A stretch of 64,000 nucleotides of DNA from Octopus vulgaris. Lineage: Eukaryota. A model generated the notes under the pieces. It ran no database searches. It saw only the letters and a program-made list of their open reading frames with translations, and was not told the origin of the DNA. A program made the translations under genes and the position numbers. The stretch spans positions 109,988,001-110,052,000 of the forward strand of contig OX597822.1 in NCBI GenBank assembly GCA_951406725.2, given 5' to 3'. Shown here piece by piece: positions 23,547-37,470 of this stretch. Within the stretch, counting starts at the first letter, position 1. Every line of letters starts with the position of its first letter.

Positions 23547-24976
23547 TAAACATACCACCAGAACATCGAAGTTTTGTAATGACCCATAGTATGAAATTCA
23601 CTTATCGAAGTGGTGAGCAGTCAACAGAATATATGCCTCACAAAAAACTTGCTGTGTGTCTTATATCGAATTGGGAGAACAAAGCGGATGTATATAAATA
23701 CAAACGGTTTTCGAGATTTCTTCCCTTGCTTCACACAAGCATATTTCATATCAAGTAAACATATTGCAAAATCCAACAGTCTCGCTTAATATGATTTAAG
23801 TGTGTAAAGATGAAAACACTATGAGACATAGATACGCATCTCTTAACATACATATTGCACCAAAACAGGAAAGGCCAACGAAAAAAGAAGACAATTATGT
23901 ATACTCTGAGAACTATGAAATACTCAAAACGTTATCGGTACTAATAGTAGAATCGTTAAAATAACTGATACATAATTAATTAAAAAGCGTCTATAAGCAG
24001 GTCAAAGAAAAAATATTGGAAGATATTAAAATGTCTAGATATATTTACAGAGTTAAACTACAAAGAAAGAAGACCGAACTATGATATCTTTATCAGAAGC
24101 AAAAATTTGAATATTAAAAAATATTTATGGCAGTCAGAAACTAATATTGATTTTTCAATTTATTTACAAAATATACAAGTTTGTAAGTAAAGAGAAGTTA
24201 CATTGAAACCGAGTAGAAATCACTTTAATTGGAACTTATTACTTTCTCTTTGACGCCTCACTTACAAATTTTGGATTACATGTACTTAAATTTCTTCTCG
24301 TGAAATAACGAGATTACAAATTCTGCAGCAAAAAGTGGTGTAAATTTGATCAAAATGGCAAAATACCACATCCTAATGACGACTATCATGTCTGAATTTT
24401 TATTACAGTTAAGCTGTAGTTAGAGCTGCTCAGAATGAAGTTTTGCATAACCAATACTCTTGACGACCAGTAACCTACGTCATTCAACGTAATGGATGTA
24501 TGATACAAGAAGGAGGCAGTGGATATTTATCGGAGATCCAATAAAATACGAATTAGAAAATATTACATTATATTTTATAATAGTTTGATTTTTCTGAAAA
24601 TTAGATTTTCAAGCTTAGAGTTTTAATTTACATAAAAATCACTATAAATTTAACAACGAATGAAACTCATAGCTCCCGCACCACATGATAAAAGTTGCAG
24701 GTAAATCTTCCTCGAATGGGCTACGCTTTTTAGACAAATAAAACTGGGGTAGACAGATTTCGTTGAGTTAGATCTAACATTTGTTTTTGACTGGCGTTTG
24801 TCCTCTGAATCCAAAAATTACCCCAATGTTTTTGTATCACTTCAAACTTCTGAGCCTCAGGATAATCTTGGCTTGTCTTAAGAACCATAGAAATCCTGCT
24901 AACAAACTTATATATATTTTATAGAATGTTTAAAAAATTTACATTGTATGGAAAATAATAAAACATCAACGAACAA

Positions 24977-25790
24977 AGTACCGATGAAGGATAAATATTC
25001 AGAAATTGGTCTTGTCAAGCTGGAGGGGAGATTTTCGCTCCCTTACTCACAATATATCGAGCATAGGTTGTGTCATTGACCAGCTGGAAAAAGACGTTTT
25101 CCTGCGGCTAAAATGTCGTAACATAGTTCTTTACAGAACAGCCATTTTATAGTAGCCTAAAAATGTTACCGTCTTGTATTGTTACTACTTTTATCTTGTT
25201 TAGAGGTTTTAGAGCTAGCTATTTTGCTCGTTACTGGATCAACGGCTGTCTGCCGTAGGGACGATTGACTGCCATCTCTAGCAGACAGGTGTCCAGTACC
25301 GATGAAGGGTACAGACCCAAAAACCATGGTCTACTGATCTTGCCAAGCTGGCGGGGAGTAATTTGCTCCCTTACGATATATCAGCCACAGGTTGAGTGTC
25401 TTTGATCAGCTGGAAAAGATGTTTTCTTGGGGTTAAAATACATTTAGTTCTTTATAGTTCCGCAATGTTACAATGGCAAGCAAACGTTACCGTCTAATAT
25501 TGTTACTACTTATATCTCGTTTAGAGATATCAGAACTAGCTACTTCGCTCGTTACGGGATCAGCGGTTGTTTGTCACGTCTCTGTTTATATACTGTGAGT
25601 AAGGACGATTGACTGCCATCTCTAGCAGACAGTTGTCTAGTACCGATGAATGGTAAAGACCTAGAAGCCATGGTCTACTGGTCTTGTCAAGCTGGAGGTG
25701 AATGATTCGCTCCCTTACTCACGATACATCGGACACAGGTTGTATATGCCTGACCAGCTGGAAAAGAGGTTTTTCTGGGGGTTAATATGT
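24977..25790 (+). repeat. Tandem array of ~2.5 units (periods 318 and 344 bp), each beginning with a hammerhead motif; retrozyme-like
   Basis: AGTACCGATGAA at 24977, 25295 and 25639. Units share CAAGCTGG..GGGAG..GCTCCCTTAC, CAGCTGGAAAA, GTTACCGTCT..TATTGTTACTACT and GACGATTGACTGCCATCTCTAGCAGACAG. Confidence 0.9.
25294..25336 (+). ncRNA. Minimal type I hammerhead motif (array copy 2; others at 24977-25011 and 25638-25680)
   Basis: CAGTA-CCGATGAA-GGGT acag ACCC-a(g>a)AAAC-CATGGT-C-TACTG with palindromic ACCATGGT and a GUC cleavage triplet. Confidence 0.7.
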
Positions 25791-25920
25791 AATAAATCAT
25801 TGTTTTGCAGTCAAGTCTGTACAAAATGATTTTGTTCACATAAAGGATACTGTTACAGTTAGTCAATTAGAGTGCAAGTAGTTAAGGTAAAATATTTACA
25901 CTTATACACGTAACTTTCTT

Positions 25921-26510
25921 TGGATTTTAATAGTTATCGCCAAACTAATATGGTAGTCTATAAATATAAGACTAAAGCTGTCGCTGATTAGCTCCAAGAG
26001 GCCATCGCCTCGAGCTAGCTATATGACACACGAACCTGCATCCATTATAACCTTCGAACAGGGGAGGTCAGCCGCTTCACCTTGCTGGTCAGACATCTGC
26101 AGACACGTTTCAGGGTAGTTGCCCTTTATCAATGCAGAGCAGTCAGACACAGCAGGTGTCGCTACCGACCGTCTGTTCGAAGATTTTATTTACCTAATTT
26201 CAGTTGAATACATCCACTTGTTTTCAATAATAGAAATATTAAAATTACTAAGTCTCTCTAAAGGAGATTACGGTAGCGTTACTGGATATTAATAGTTATC
26301 GCCAAACTAATATGGTAGTCTATAAATATAAGACTAAAGCAAGTTCGTGTGTCATATAGCTAGCTAGAAGCGATGGCTTCTTGGAGCTAATCAGCGACAG
26401 CTTTAGTCTTATATTTATAGACTACCATATTAGTTTGGCGATAACTATTAATATCCAGTAACGCTGCCGTAATCTCCTTTAGTGAGACTTAGTAATTTTA
26501 ATATTTCTAT
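25921..26510. mobile_element. PLE-type pseudo-LTR cluster: direct and inverted repeats around a hammerhead
   Basis: 26230-26340 and 26400-26510 form a near-perfect ~110-bp inverted repeat. 25921-26035 is inverted relative to 26343-26457 and partly direct to 26283-26340. Confidence 0.75.
26096..26138 (-). ncRNA. Minimal type I hammerhead motif, U3:A8 core variant
   Basis: Minus strand TCTGCA-TTGATAA-AGGG caacta CCCT-GAAAC-GTGT-C-TGCAGA, set within a longer imperfect hairpin 26052-26181 (CTTCGAACAG...CTGTTCGAAG). Confidence 0.75.
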
Positions 26511-26955
26511 GTTTTTGGATTGTTGTCTGTGAACTATTTCATTTTATAGTCCATCAATAGTAAGCCATAACGTATACATTTCATCAACGCTGGTACCGTT
26601 TTCCCATAACCTTTATGTGTAGAGGTGGGAATGTAATTTTCTTCAAGTCAGCAAGTGGCTAATGGATTTTGGCAGCACCAGGTTTCAGGTCAGCCCTTGA
26701 AGGCCGATTCGCCTCCTCCGACTTATGCTCTGTAAGTACATTTAAAGTGGCAATTATTAATTTCTATATAGAATGATTTAAAACAAATATATTGCCGAGA
26801 GAAATCTTTCATCGTGTGTATTTTGTTTGTGTTTATGTATGTATATCTAAGTAAGTACATATGTATACGCCCACATGTAATATAGTATATTTTTTGTAAA
26901 TCTATGACCTATTTCAAAGTGTATATGTATGGAGATCTGTATGGTTATGCGCATA

Positions 26956-27026
<71 letters not shown>

Positions 27027-27111
27027 GTGTTTGTGTGTGTGCGTGTGTATGTGTGTGTGTATGTGTGTGTATTTATGCATATACGTATGTGTACGTATGG
27101 GTGTGCTTGTG

Positions 27112-27148
<37 letters not shown>

Positions 27149-27181
27149 TTATGTATATATATATATATATATATGTATATT

Positions 27182-27238
<57 letters not shown>

Positions 27239-27383
27239 GAGTATGTATGTGTGGCATATATGCATGAATGTATGTAAGTGTGTATATGTATGTATATATA
27301 CATGATGTAGGTTTATATAACTATCTAAAGAGTGTATATATATGTATGTGTATGGGTGTATGTATGTATATATATATATATGT

Positions 27384-27440
<57 letters not shown>

Positions 27441-28165
27441 TAGATAGACAGACAGATAGATATACATATGGGTGTATGAGTATATATACACATAGGCTTA
27501 TTTTTACCTATTTCTATATCAGTGTGTACGTGTATTTATCTATGTATATATAAATCTATGTACGTGTGTGTAAACATTATCAGTATTTGAGAAAATCCTG
27601 GTATATCAATTATTCTCTCCCCTACATAACTAAAAATTTCACACTATATTTTATTATTATTTTTGTTTTGAAATTTTCTCTATGAAACTATAAACATCTA
27701 TAAAATAAAAACATTTATTTTCGACATACATCAAGACAAAAAAAAAACTTTTCTTATATACTAATTAGCTCAATTTCTGAAAATACATTTATTATATAAG
27801 ACTATCACGTAAGTAGTTGCTTTTTATAAACCTTTACTCGTATCGTATATATTTCGTATAATCCTTATAAATCTATCAAGCTATAGTTAGATAATTAATT
27901 ACGAAATATAATACCTGTTTTTTTCGATGAATTATTGACGTATTGTGTATAAAAAATACTAAAACAAAAAAAATTTATAAACCACCAATTATTCCCACAT
28001 CCTAGTACGAACTATCAATTTAGGAAAAAAATCTGAAGTCGAAAGGAGAGTTCACCGTTAAGAATAATTATATATGAATTTGAAATAATATATACCTCCA
28101 TATCTGGTAATTCCGAACGTACATACAAATACAGCTTGACCAGTAAACATTTTTGTAATGAGGTT

Positions 28166-28206
<41 letters not shown>

Positions 28207-30977
28207 TTATTGATTTCATAGAAAGGAAATCAAATTATATTTAGGATATACTAGCACACACGTCCTATTTTTTTTTATTTAGTCTAGATTCAAATAAGCG
28301 TGACTGGAAGAACGAATATATAAATCCCCTAAAATGATAGCTATGACAAAAAATTATGTACTTTAAACGTCTTGATTTTTGTTTTTCCTTAAAATATTAC
28401 CTACTGAGGATTACAAGTCTATCTATTAAGATGTTCTATTTATGAATATCTGGGTACATTTGATGAAACAATTGTAAGCCTATCTCAAGCGCTGCATGAT
28501 CTTTGCTGCGCTCAGCTGTTCTTCATCCATTTCCAAGTAGAGTGCCAGCTCAATCCCCTGCAAATACAGGGCCAATAGGTTTCGTATATCTTCGATGCCT
28601 TGTGGCCTGGCCACAACTTTGATCTTTCGAATCCAGGCTACTACGTCACCTTTGCCTTAGAAAGGTCTGATGGCCACTGCCGATCCTTATCTTCACTGCC
28701 ATCATATATCAAAGGGACAATGACGTCTGTATACAAATGCCGAAATAGCTTGTCCTGCGCGGGAAATGAAAAGAGGGTCACCTTCCTTTCCTCTCTCGTC
28801 CTTCGCCCGTCTAGCAGTTGTCACTCCGGCGATCCTGCCCCACTCTCACCCAGTGTACGCAGCTGCAATCTCACCAACCCGTGAGCGAATTCCTTCATGT
28901 GGACGACCCTGTCGTGTCTCCTCTCACGTCCCTTCTCACGCTTCCTCTTCCGGTCAGTCCCTTGACAATTGACGTCATGGCCCTCTTCGTCCGGCTCATC
29001 CCCACAGTAACATATTAAAAAAAAAATCGAATCACTTTTTACTTAATTCTCCTAACAGGAAATATTTACTCCTGGCATAAAAGGACGACAGAAATCATCT
29101 GTGAATCTTTCTTTCTTGGATATTTTGTGAATTTTTACGATGAATAACAGTAAATAATTGGTGTACATGTAAAATGCATTATATCATTCGTAGAAACAGA
29201 ATGACTGTAGAAATGTTGGCTAAGTGGGCACATGAAATAAAACATATACTATTAATTAAATGCTATCCCAAATATTCTCGTATTTCGTCGATAGCAGTGG
29301 GTAGAGTGATGCGTGTACGGAACGATGAAAATCAATATACTCCGTTTAGAAATTATCTGAAACTTTATGTTGGTTTTGTATCTTCTATATAAAATACACT
29401 GAGTTCATTTTGAAATGGTGTAGCAAAATATATCAGGGATTTACATTAGAGAACATATATAAAGTTCAAGGTAAACTTTCACAGTATTGTATGGGTGAGT
29501 CGATCCATACATTGACATAATTATAGGATTTTATGAAAATTTACCAATTAATATTATAGCAGTAACTGAGTGCTTAAAAGATGTCTTCAAGACGAAATTT
29601 AGATGGGATCAGCATTTTAGTAATTTCAATAAATATTCCCTTTAAAATACATTGGAGGAATTTAGTACATTATAATTACTGTTTAGTTTCAAACAAGTAA
29701 TCTGAGTTGTATATTCTTTAGAGTACCTTGTAGTATTTAGATGTTCTTCTTTATGTAAATAAATCTTCCACCGGAGTTGTGTCTTCACATCTCGAATCTT
29801 GGCAAAATAGTATCATTTATGTACAATCGTATATCGAACCGCACAGATCCCTATTACTTTTTGTATACGTGTATACTTGAACCTAACTACGATACTAGAG
29901 TTTATTTTCAGAGCTGCCTACACAAAGACCGGTTATCACAAAGATGAAGTTTAAATCAAAGTTTAGCACTTTTTTTAGGCATATGCCTTGTAATTACGTG
30001 GGTGATTGAACGATATTGGAACTTTCGTTGTGAAATCTCCATAGGAAATTTTCTTACACGAGTTGATATTTGATACAAGAAAAGTTACTGAAATAAAATT
30101 CCCAAGCCCTGAAGATAATTCGTCTGTAGTGACGATAGAATATATATGTCAAGTAATCGATAAAACATCAAAGCTGAAATCTTGAATGAACACTTGTCCT
30201 CGGGAATGCCACAAGGGACTCTGTTACAATCCCGTCATTATCTATGCAAAAAAGAAATGCTATTTATATGAGGGTGAGCACTCACAGAAGAAAAAAAAAA
30301 ACAAAGACAAAAAACGTAAATAGATCCAGGAAATTATCCGATATTTAATTAAATTGTTATTGGTTCCATGAGCAATTTTATCATTCGAGTATAGAAAAAA
30401 AAAAACTATTTAGTTAATTCCTTTTTTAATATTTGTGTTGGCTTGCTATGATGAAATTACATTATCTCCTACAGTATGTCAGCATTAATCAATTAGTGTA
30501 CAAAAATATCTCACACGATAATGCATAATTGTCAATTATATGAATATCTAGACTGAGATCAATGCATCCTGTATCAATCGCTTTCGACATTCATATATAA
30601 AAGAATATATATGGAGGCGGAGAGTTGCCTGTCAACAATGAATTATTCCAAATTTCATCGTCACCAAGATTTATAGTTGCTGAGTTCTGTATTTCAAAGT
30701 GTCCAGTTTTATTTTGTAGGATTTATTGTAACAATGACCTCGGCTTTCCACCAGTCATGGCTGCCCCACCCCCTTTAGCCTTATTGATGCGCCACTCTCT
30801 CTTCAAATATGATTATAAATAGAATAGATGGTGTTTATATCTCGATTAAGACTAGATTACGTTGTGGGTGGCTATGTTTGTTTTGATGTCGCATTGTATT
30901 AGGACTCTTGCTGCCATTAAAAATTCTCCAACACTGACTGACGTTGCTGGAAGTTTAGATAGAAAACAGTTTTTTTG

Positions 30978-31179
30978 GTATTCTGTTGTGTCTGGGGAGC
31001 GTCATTTTCTTTTTGTGCCTTATTATTTAACACACTCACCGGTAAAATTTCCACTTGTTTTTTCTTATTTTTATTTTCCTAAAATTTTCTTTGCGCCTTG
31101 CAACCTTTTCAATAGTCTTGACTCTGTCCGTTATTTACACTGCGTTCCCTTTTGTTTGTTTGTGCGCACGTGTGTGGGT

Positions 31180-31217
<38 letters not shown>

Positions 31218-31460
31218 CTATACATGCATGCATGTACGTATGTATGTATGTGTGTATTTGCATGTGTATGTATGTATATATGTGTATGCATGTATATGTA
31301 TATATGTATGTATACGTGTGCATCTGTATGTACGTATCCTGCATATTCATGTGCATGCATGTCCTTGTTTGCGTATTTTTATGTATGTGTGTGTGAGCAT
31401 GTGTTTGTATATGTACACACCTCTGTCTCCTTGTGTGTGCATGTCTGTGTGTCTATGTTA
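30978..31460. repeat. Unclassified ~480-bp interspersed repeat with a TG-rich half, copy 1 (copy 2 at ~52485-52925)
   Basis: TATTCTGTTGTGTCTGGGGAG.GTCATTTTCTTTTTGTGCC...CCGTTATTTACACTGCGTTCCCTTTTGTTTGTTTGTGCGCA is shared by both copies. Confidence 0.85.
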
Positions 31461-32104
31461 TGCAACTATGTACCATGTTTGTATGTATGGATGTGCATCT
31501 TTATATGTGTGGATCCGTGTCTCCATCCGTGTCCACCTTTGTGGAAGAAATAAAGTACCGAAGAACAACAGTCTACGTAGCCTTATCTAGTAGGCAAAAT
31601 ACACTTTATTTGATTCATAAACACAAGTTGCTTTCAGAAGCTGCGCATTAAATTCATGCGGATTTCATTTTTTCCATATTACCTATTTTTTTATAATTGT
31701 TCACAAGGTTTCATCCATTACAAAGTCACACCAAGTATTTGCTTTTTCACAATCGCCATGTTTAAATATATCCGACACCCTTGTAATACCAGGACATTAT
31801 TGCTTAGACTTATCTTAATTTATGGCTATGAAAGCAAGACCCTGTAATGAGCGTGGTGACACGATGTAACACGCTAGAACCAAACACAAGATCTGGACGT
31901 AACATTTCTTAAAGGAGATAACAAGCTGAAAATAGCAGCTGATCAGTGTATTGATCCGATTCACTGTTTTAAAAAGAAATTGTCTTTAGCGCATTCGGAG
32001 CAATAGCAACATATTGTCTGAAAATATTCTATGATTTTCGGGGTTAATCATTTCAGAAATTTCAGGATATAAATTCGTATTAGTAGTTTTAAAATATGGT
32101 TATA

Positions 32105-32190
<86 letters not shown>

Positions 32191-32353
32191 ATATATATAT
32201 ATCTATCTATATCTATCTATATATATATATATATATATATATAGACATATCTGTCTGTCTGTCTGTCTACCTATCTACCTACCTATCTATATCTACATCT
32301 ATATCTATCTACCTATCTATCTATATATCTATCTATATCTATATCTACATCTA

Positions 32354-32432
<79 letters not shown>

Positions 32433-32539
32433 ATATATATATATATACAAACACACATCTTTATCTACCTATCTACCGAATTAGCTCTCCCTCTCTTTCT
32501 CTCTATTTCTCCCTCTCCCTACATATATGTGTGTGTATG

Positions 32540-32573
<34 letters not shown>

Positions 32574-32983
32574 CGGGCACAAAATTAGGGAGTACTGTAG
32601 ATAAAATCCAGGCTACATACGTTTCATGGCAAGCGGAATTCCGAAAGTAGTAAATTATCCAAACGAGGAGTAGACAGCATGCTACACTTCAGGTCAAGTA
32701 TACTTTGATTCATGAAGTCTACATTATCCTTAGTAGATAGTCGATAATTCGTTGGGGGTTCGGTCGAAATGCATGGAATTTATCTACTCTATTCCTTAAA
32801 TTTGGGACACTTATTCCCATATACAACAACCTCTGACGCTAACCGTGATCTATGAAATTAAGTTTTTTCAATTTATGGTACTTCAGTACGGGAAAATTTC
32901 GCAACATTTCTGCGCCAATAAAACACTATTTTTCCTGAAAGTTTTCTTCTATGGATTGCTTGAAGACCCCTAACTTCCTATAC

Positions 32984-33124
32984 TTTTGTAAGCCCAGTAC
33001 TTATTCTATCGGTCTCTTTTGCCGAACCGCTAAGTTACGTGGACGTAAACACACCAGCATCGGTTGTTAAGCAATGCTGGGGGACAAACACAGACACACA
33101 AACACACACACACACACACACACA

Positions 33125-33168
<44 letters not shown>

Positions 33169-33325
33169 GACGGGCTTCTTTCAGTTTCCGTCTACCAAAT
33201 CCACTCACAAGGCATTGGTCGGCCCGGGGCTATAGCAGAAGACACTTGCCCAAGGTGCCACGCAGTGGGACTGAACCCGGAACCATGTTGTTGGTTAGCA
33301 AGCTACTTACCACACAGCCACTCCT
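32984..33325 (-). mobile_element. SINE family A lacking its 3' tail
   Basis: Matches the family A head and body. Confidence 0.9.
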
Positions 33326-33664
33326 ATTTTTTAGTTTACTTAAAAAATATTTGTGACATTTCAAATCCTAAGGTCAACTTCACAGCTGGTACAGGGGAGT
33401 AAAAGTTTTCTCTTATGGTGGATGGGGTAAAAACACGATATCGACCCAGCGTTGCCCGTCAGATTCCCAGATACAGATTTGTTAGTTCTTTATCCGTTAC
33501 TGATAGGAAAAACTGAAGAAACATAACTCTGCCTGGTGTAAAGCCGTAGCTTTAACTAAAACACATATACACACACATATATATATACACACACATATAT
33601 ATATATACACACACATACGTATACGTATATATATGGCATACTGTGACATATTTGTACTCTTAAG

Positions 33665-33705
<41 letters not shown>

Positions 33706-34003
33706 ACAAACATATATATATATATATTTGTCAGATGCCATATTGTGATGCATTTCAACTTCTAAGTATATATACGTGGGTTAATCAAAAGTTATACAGA
33801 TTGTTGCATAGTAACGAAGCTAAAGCACGGAGAGAAAAGCCACTTGACACAGATTCACTTTGAACTCTGCTGTATATATATTTTGCACTTAGGTTTAACT
33901 TTCTCTCAATTCCGATGTTTCCACCAGTGCTTGGAAGAAACGTGTGTAACGTGTGATCGTCACGTTCTATCTATCTACATATATATTTATATATATATAT
34001 ATA

Positions 34004-34058
<55 letters not shown>

Positions 34059-34091
34059 TTATTTGTATATATATATATATATTTATTTATT

Positions 34092-34122
<31 letters not shown>

Positions 34123-34189
34123 TTTATTTGTACATATATATATATATATGTGAAGATAGATATAGAGATAGATAGAAACATCAATAGAT

Positions 34190-34285
<96 letters not shown>

Positions 34286-36039
34286 GATGGATAGATGGAT
34301 GGATGGATGGATGGATATATAGATATATCACCTCCAAGAATATATATTTTGCAGTCAGCAAATACACAAACGAAAATAATGCCAACATTTGCAATTGTAC
34401 AAACAGATCTTCTATACACTCCTCGTCAATAAAATCTGATATACAAAACAACGTATTTGCATCATGCCACTCTTCCAACGAACGTTATATTGATTGTATC
34501 ATTTTCTCTGTTGAGAATTGCAAACAATATGTAAATTAACGTTCCTTGATGTTTTGCTTACGCTCAGAATTACTTATTCCTTGTCCTTTTCGAGTTTCGT
34601 GCTCTTTGATGCCATATTTTTTTCAAATATGTATTTAATCTAATTTATTCTTTATCCTGTGATGTTCGCTTCCTCACCGAACTCTTTTCTTGAAATCATA
34701 TCGGTGACGTATATATGCGTATGTATTAATCAATGTGTCTTTACACACACACACGACACACATGCACGTACACGAACACACTCACTTATTCACACACTCG
34801 TGCACTTATACACTCACATACACATAAGAATATTTTGTGTCCATGTATATTTTTGACTCCTTGTGTATGTGTGTCTGCACACGCGCATTTGTATAGTATA
34901 GTATGCAAGAATTTGTTCTAATTTTGTGTACCAGACATATGTTTTGCACACGTTCGTGTGTATTTCTTGCAATTTGGTTGGATTCCTTAACTTTTCAACC
35001 AACACATCAAAGATACTGAAGCTTCACAGTCTCAGCCTCATGATGAAGTGTATTTGGTTTTACAGTCAATGGAATTAATGATATTACCGCTGCTTTCGCG
35101 GATTCCCATAACTTTCTGTCGCCATTCAGTTCTATTATTATGAATTTGAATTGGGAGCTTGATTCATTTCGAATCTTTCTTTTCGCTGGTGACGCAAGCA
35201 TGGACGACACCCCACTGGATGCGTTGCAGTTACTCACTTGATAGGGTTTGGTGATTCTGACCGTTGATCTTCTAAATTCTCAGCATCAATGTAAGTAGCA
35301 CCGTTGGCTCAGTTTGAGCCGTTCTACTGTCTCTTCACGATAACCCTTGCTGCACTCCCATAACCTCACCGTATCCCTGGCAGGATGTCTCAATGGATAC
35401 TATGCCATGCCAAAGGTAGGTTCGTAACTATGCAGGTCAAGTTGCATTTTTAAATACCTGCATGCCCATATGAAGCAAATAAGTGCTAATTATAGAATGG
35501 AGAAATCATAAACTCATGAAGTGGAACATCAATTGCAGCGGAACAAAACCATTAACGATTAATTCATATGATATAGAAACAATAAATCTTGAAACGTTTG
35601 TAGTGGTAAAAAACAGCGCAGGAATGAGTCAGAGATTTTAATAACAAAAGAAGTAAACGTATTAGACTGTAAATATGAAGCTTCTCACCTACAAAGCCCT
35701 ATATGTATTATAGGGAACTTATAGTGAACTTATACCCTAGATAATGTTTATGCACTTAAATCAAAAACAGTTGAAAGGCACTACACCTCGACTGGAAACG
35801 AAGCACAATCTGAAGAGGGGAAAATTTTGAACTTAGCATATATGCTTTGCAATGTGAAAGTTTACACCTATATTAAATAATATATCTAACGTTCGAAAGT
35901 CAAATATTCTGGTTTTAAAGTATATAGCAATAGCATTAAACTTAACAGTAATGATGATGGTAGTCTCTCGTGTTCCGAGAAAGACAGATCTGTAATTTCT
36001 TGCTTAACAAGTTGTTACTCTTCTGTATATTAGCCCATT

Positions 36040-36220
36040 CACTAATTAAAGTTGCCTAAAGAGGTGCACGATGTACCACACCCTAAGTGCCGAAGTGATC
36101 CCAGAGTAATGTGAGATGATGTAGTTTGTTCAAGAAATCAGTTTATCACTTGGGGCAGGAATTGAAATCACGATCTCACGATACAGAGTGCAACATCCTA
36201 ACCATTAGAACATGCACCCT
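36040..36220 (-). mobile_element. Decayed tRNA-derived SINE
   Basis: Minus strand GGGTGCATGTTCTAATGGTTAG...ATTTCAATTCCTG...TTTCTTGAACAAA, similar to the heads at 10293 and 60785. Confidence 0.5.
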
Positions 36221-37146
36221 TAACAACAATGCTAATTCACAAACGTAACAGGCCGCCTTCATATTATGCTTGAGGAAGACTTTTGAGGATTTTAAATGAT
36301 GATGATAGTCTTAGAAATTTTATGTCCCCAAACAAATTGTAAAGAAGTCACAAAATATAATTGAGAAGAAATAAGATAACAAAGATATACATGATGAAAC
36401 GAGAACAGGTATGATATAGATACAAGCCTCAAAGCAAAGCTGTTTTCGAAATACACATACAGTCACAAACACACATATATACATACATACACACATATAC
36501 ATGCATACATATAAGCATGCATACATACATATATATACACACATACATACATACATACATGATGGCTGCCCCCTCTTTATCGAGTATGGCCATTGCACGA
36601 AGCTTAACTGTTATTGGTAAATACATACATACATACATACATACATACATACACGCATACATACATACACACTCACGCACACATATGTATGTATATGTGT
36701 AATACATGCATAAAATACGTATATACCTGCGTTCATGTGATTCATGAAAGCAGAGCGGAGATCTAGTAGAAATAGAGAAATGCATTGGGAAAGAGAGAAT
36801 AGACCATGTGTTTGCCTACGTAAACCTGAATAAGTATTAGAATGTTAAGCAGATTATATTCGCTAACAGCTAACCACAATGCATCACCCTCTCATTATGT
36901 TAGGTTATCTGAACACAATAGCCGAACGCTGTACACTATTTATGCCATTACTGTCATGTTATAAAGGTAATTTGTACACATGAATCAATTAGGAGACTTA
37001 TGTGTGTTTCCATCTACAAACTAAGACAAGAACTCTTACACATTTATTGTTAATTTAAAGTTAATCACATGTCCGATGAATTGCTAGGTCAATCTTCCCT
37101 CGGCATGTAGCATATGGATGTCATTTACTACTTCCGGTAGTGATTT

Positions 37147-37470
<324 letters not shown>

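Noticed and set aside
24977-25790. Regularly spaced repeats as a CRISPR-like array
   Set aside because: The whole ~320-345 bp unit is repeated, there are no unique spacers, and the context is eukaryotic.
28450-29015. GC-richer block with short ORFs, possibly an LTR-retrotransposon relic or host exon
   Set aside because: No motif could be identified with confidence in any frame; needs a BLASTx/Dfam search.
33772-33950. Possible mariner terminal fragment (TACGTGGGTTAATCAAAAGTTAT...)
   Set aside because: No partner TIR or coding motif was found to confirm it.
37074-37110. CCGATGAA occurrences at 37074 and 57381, and CCGATGA at 61776
   Set aside because: They lack a properly placed helix II plus GAAA; the latter two lie antisense within retroelement coding sequence.
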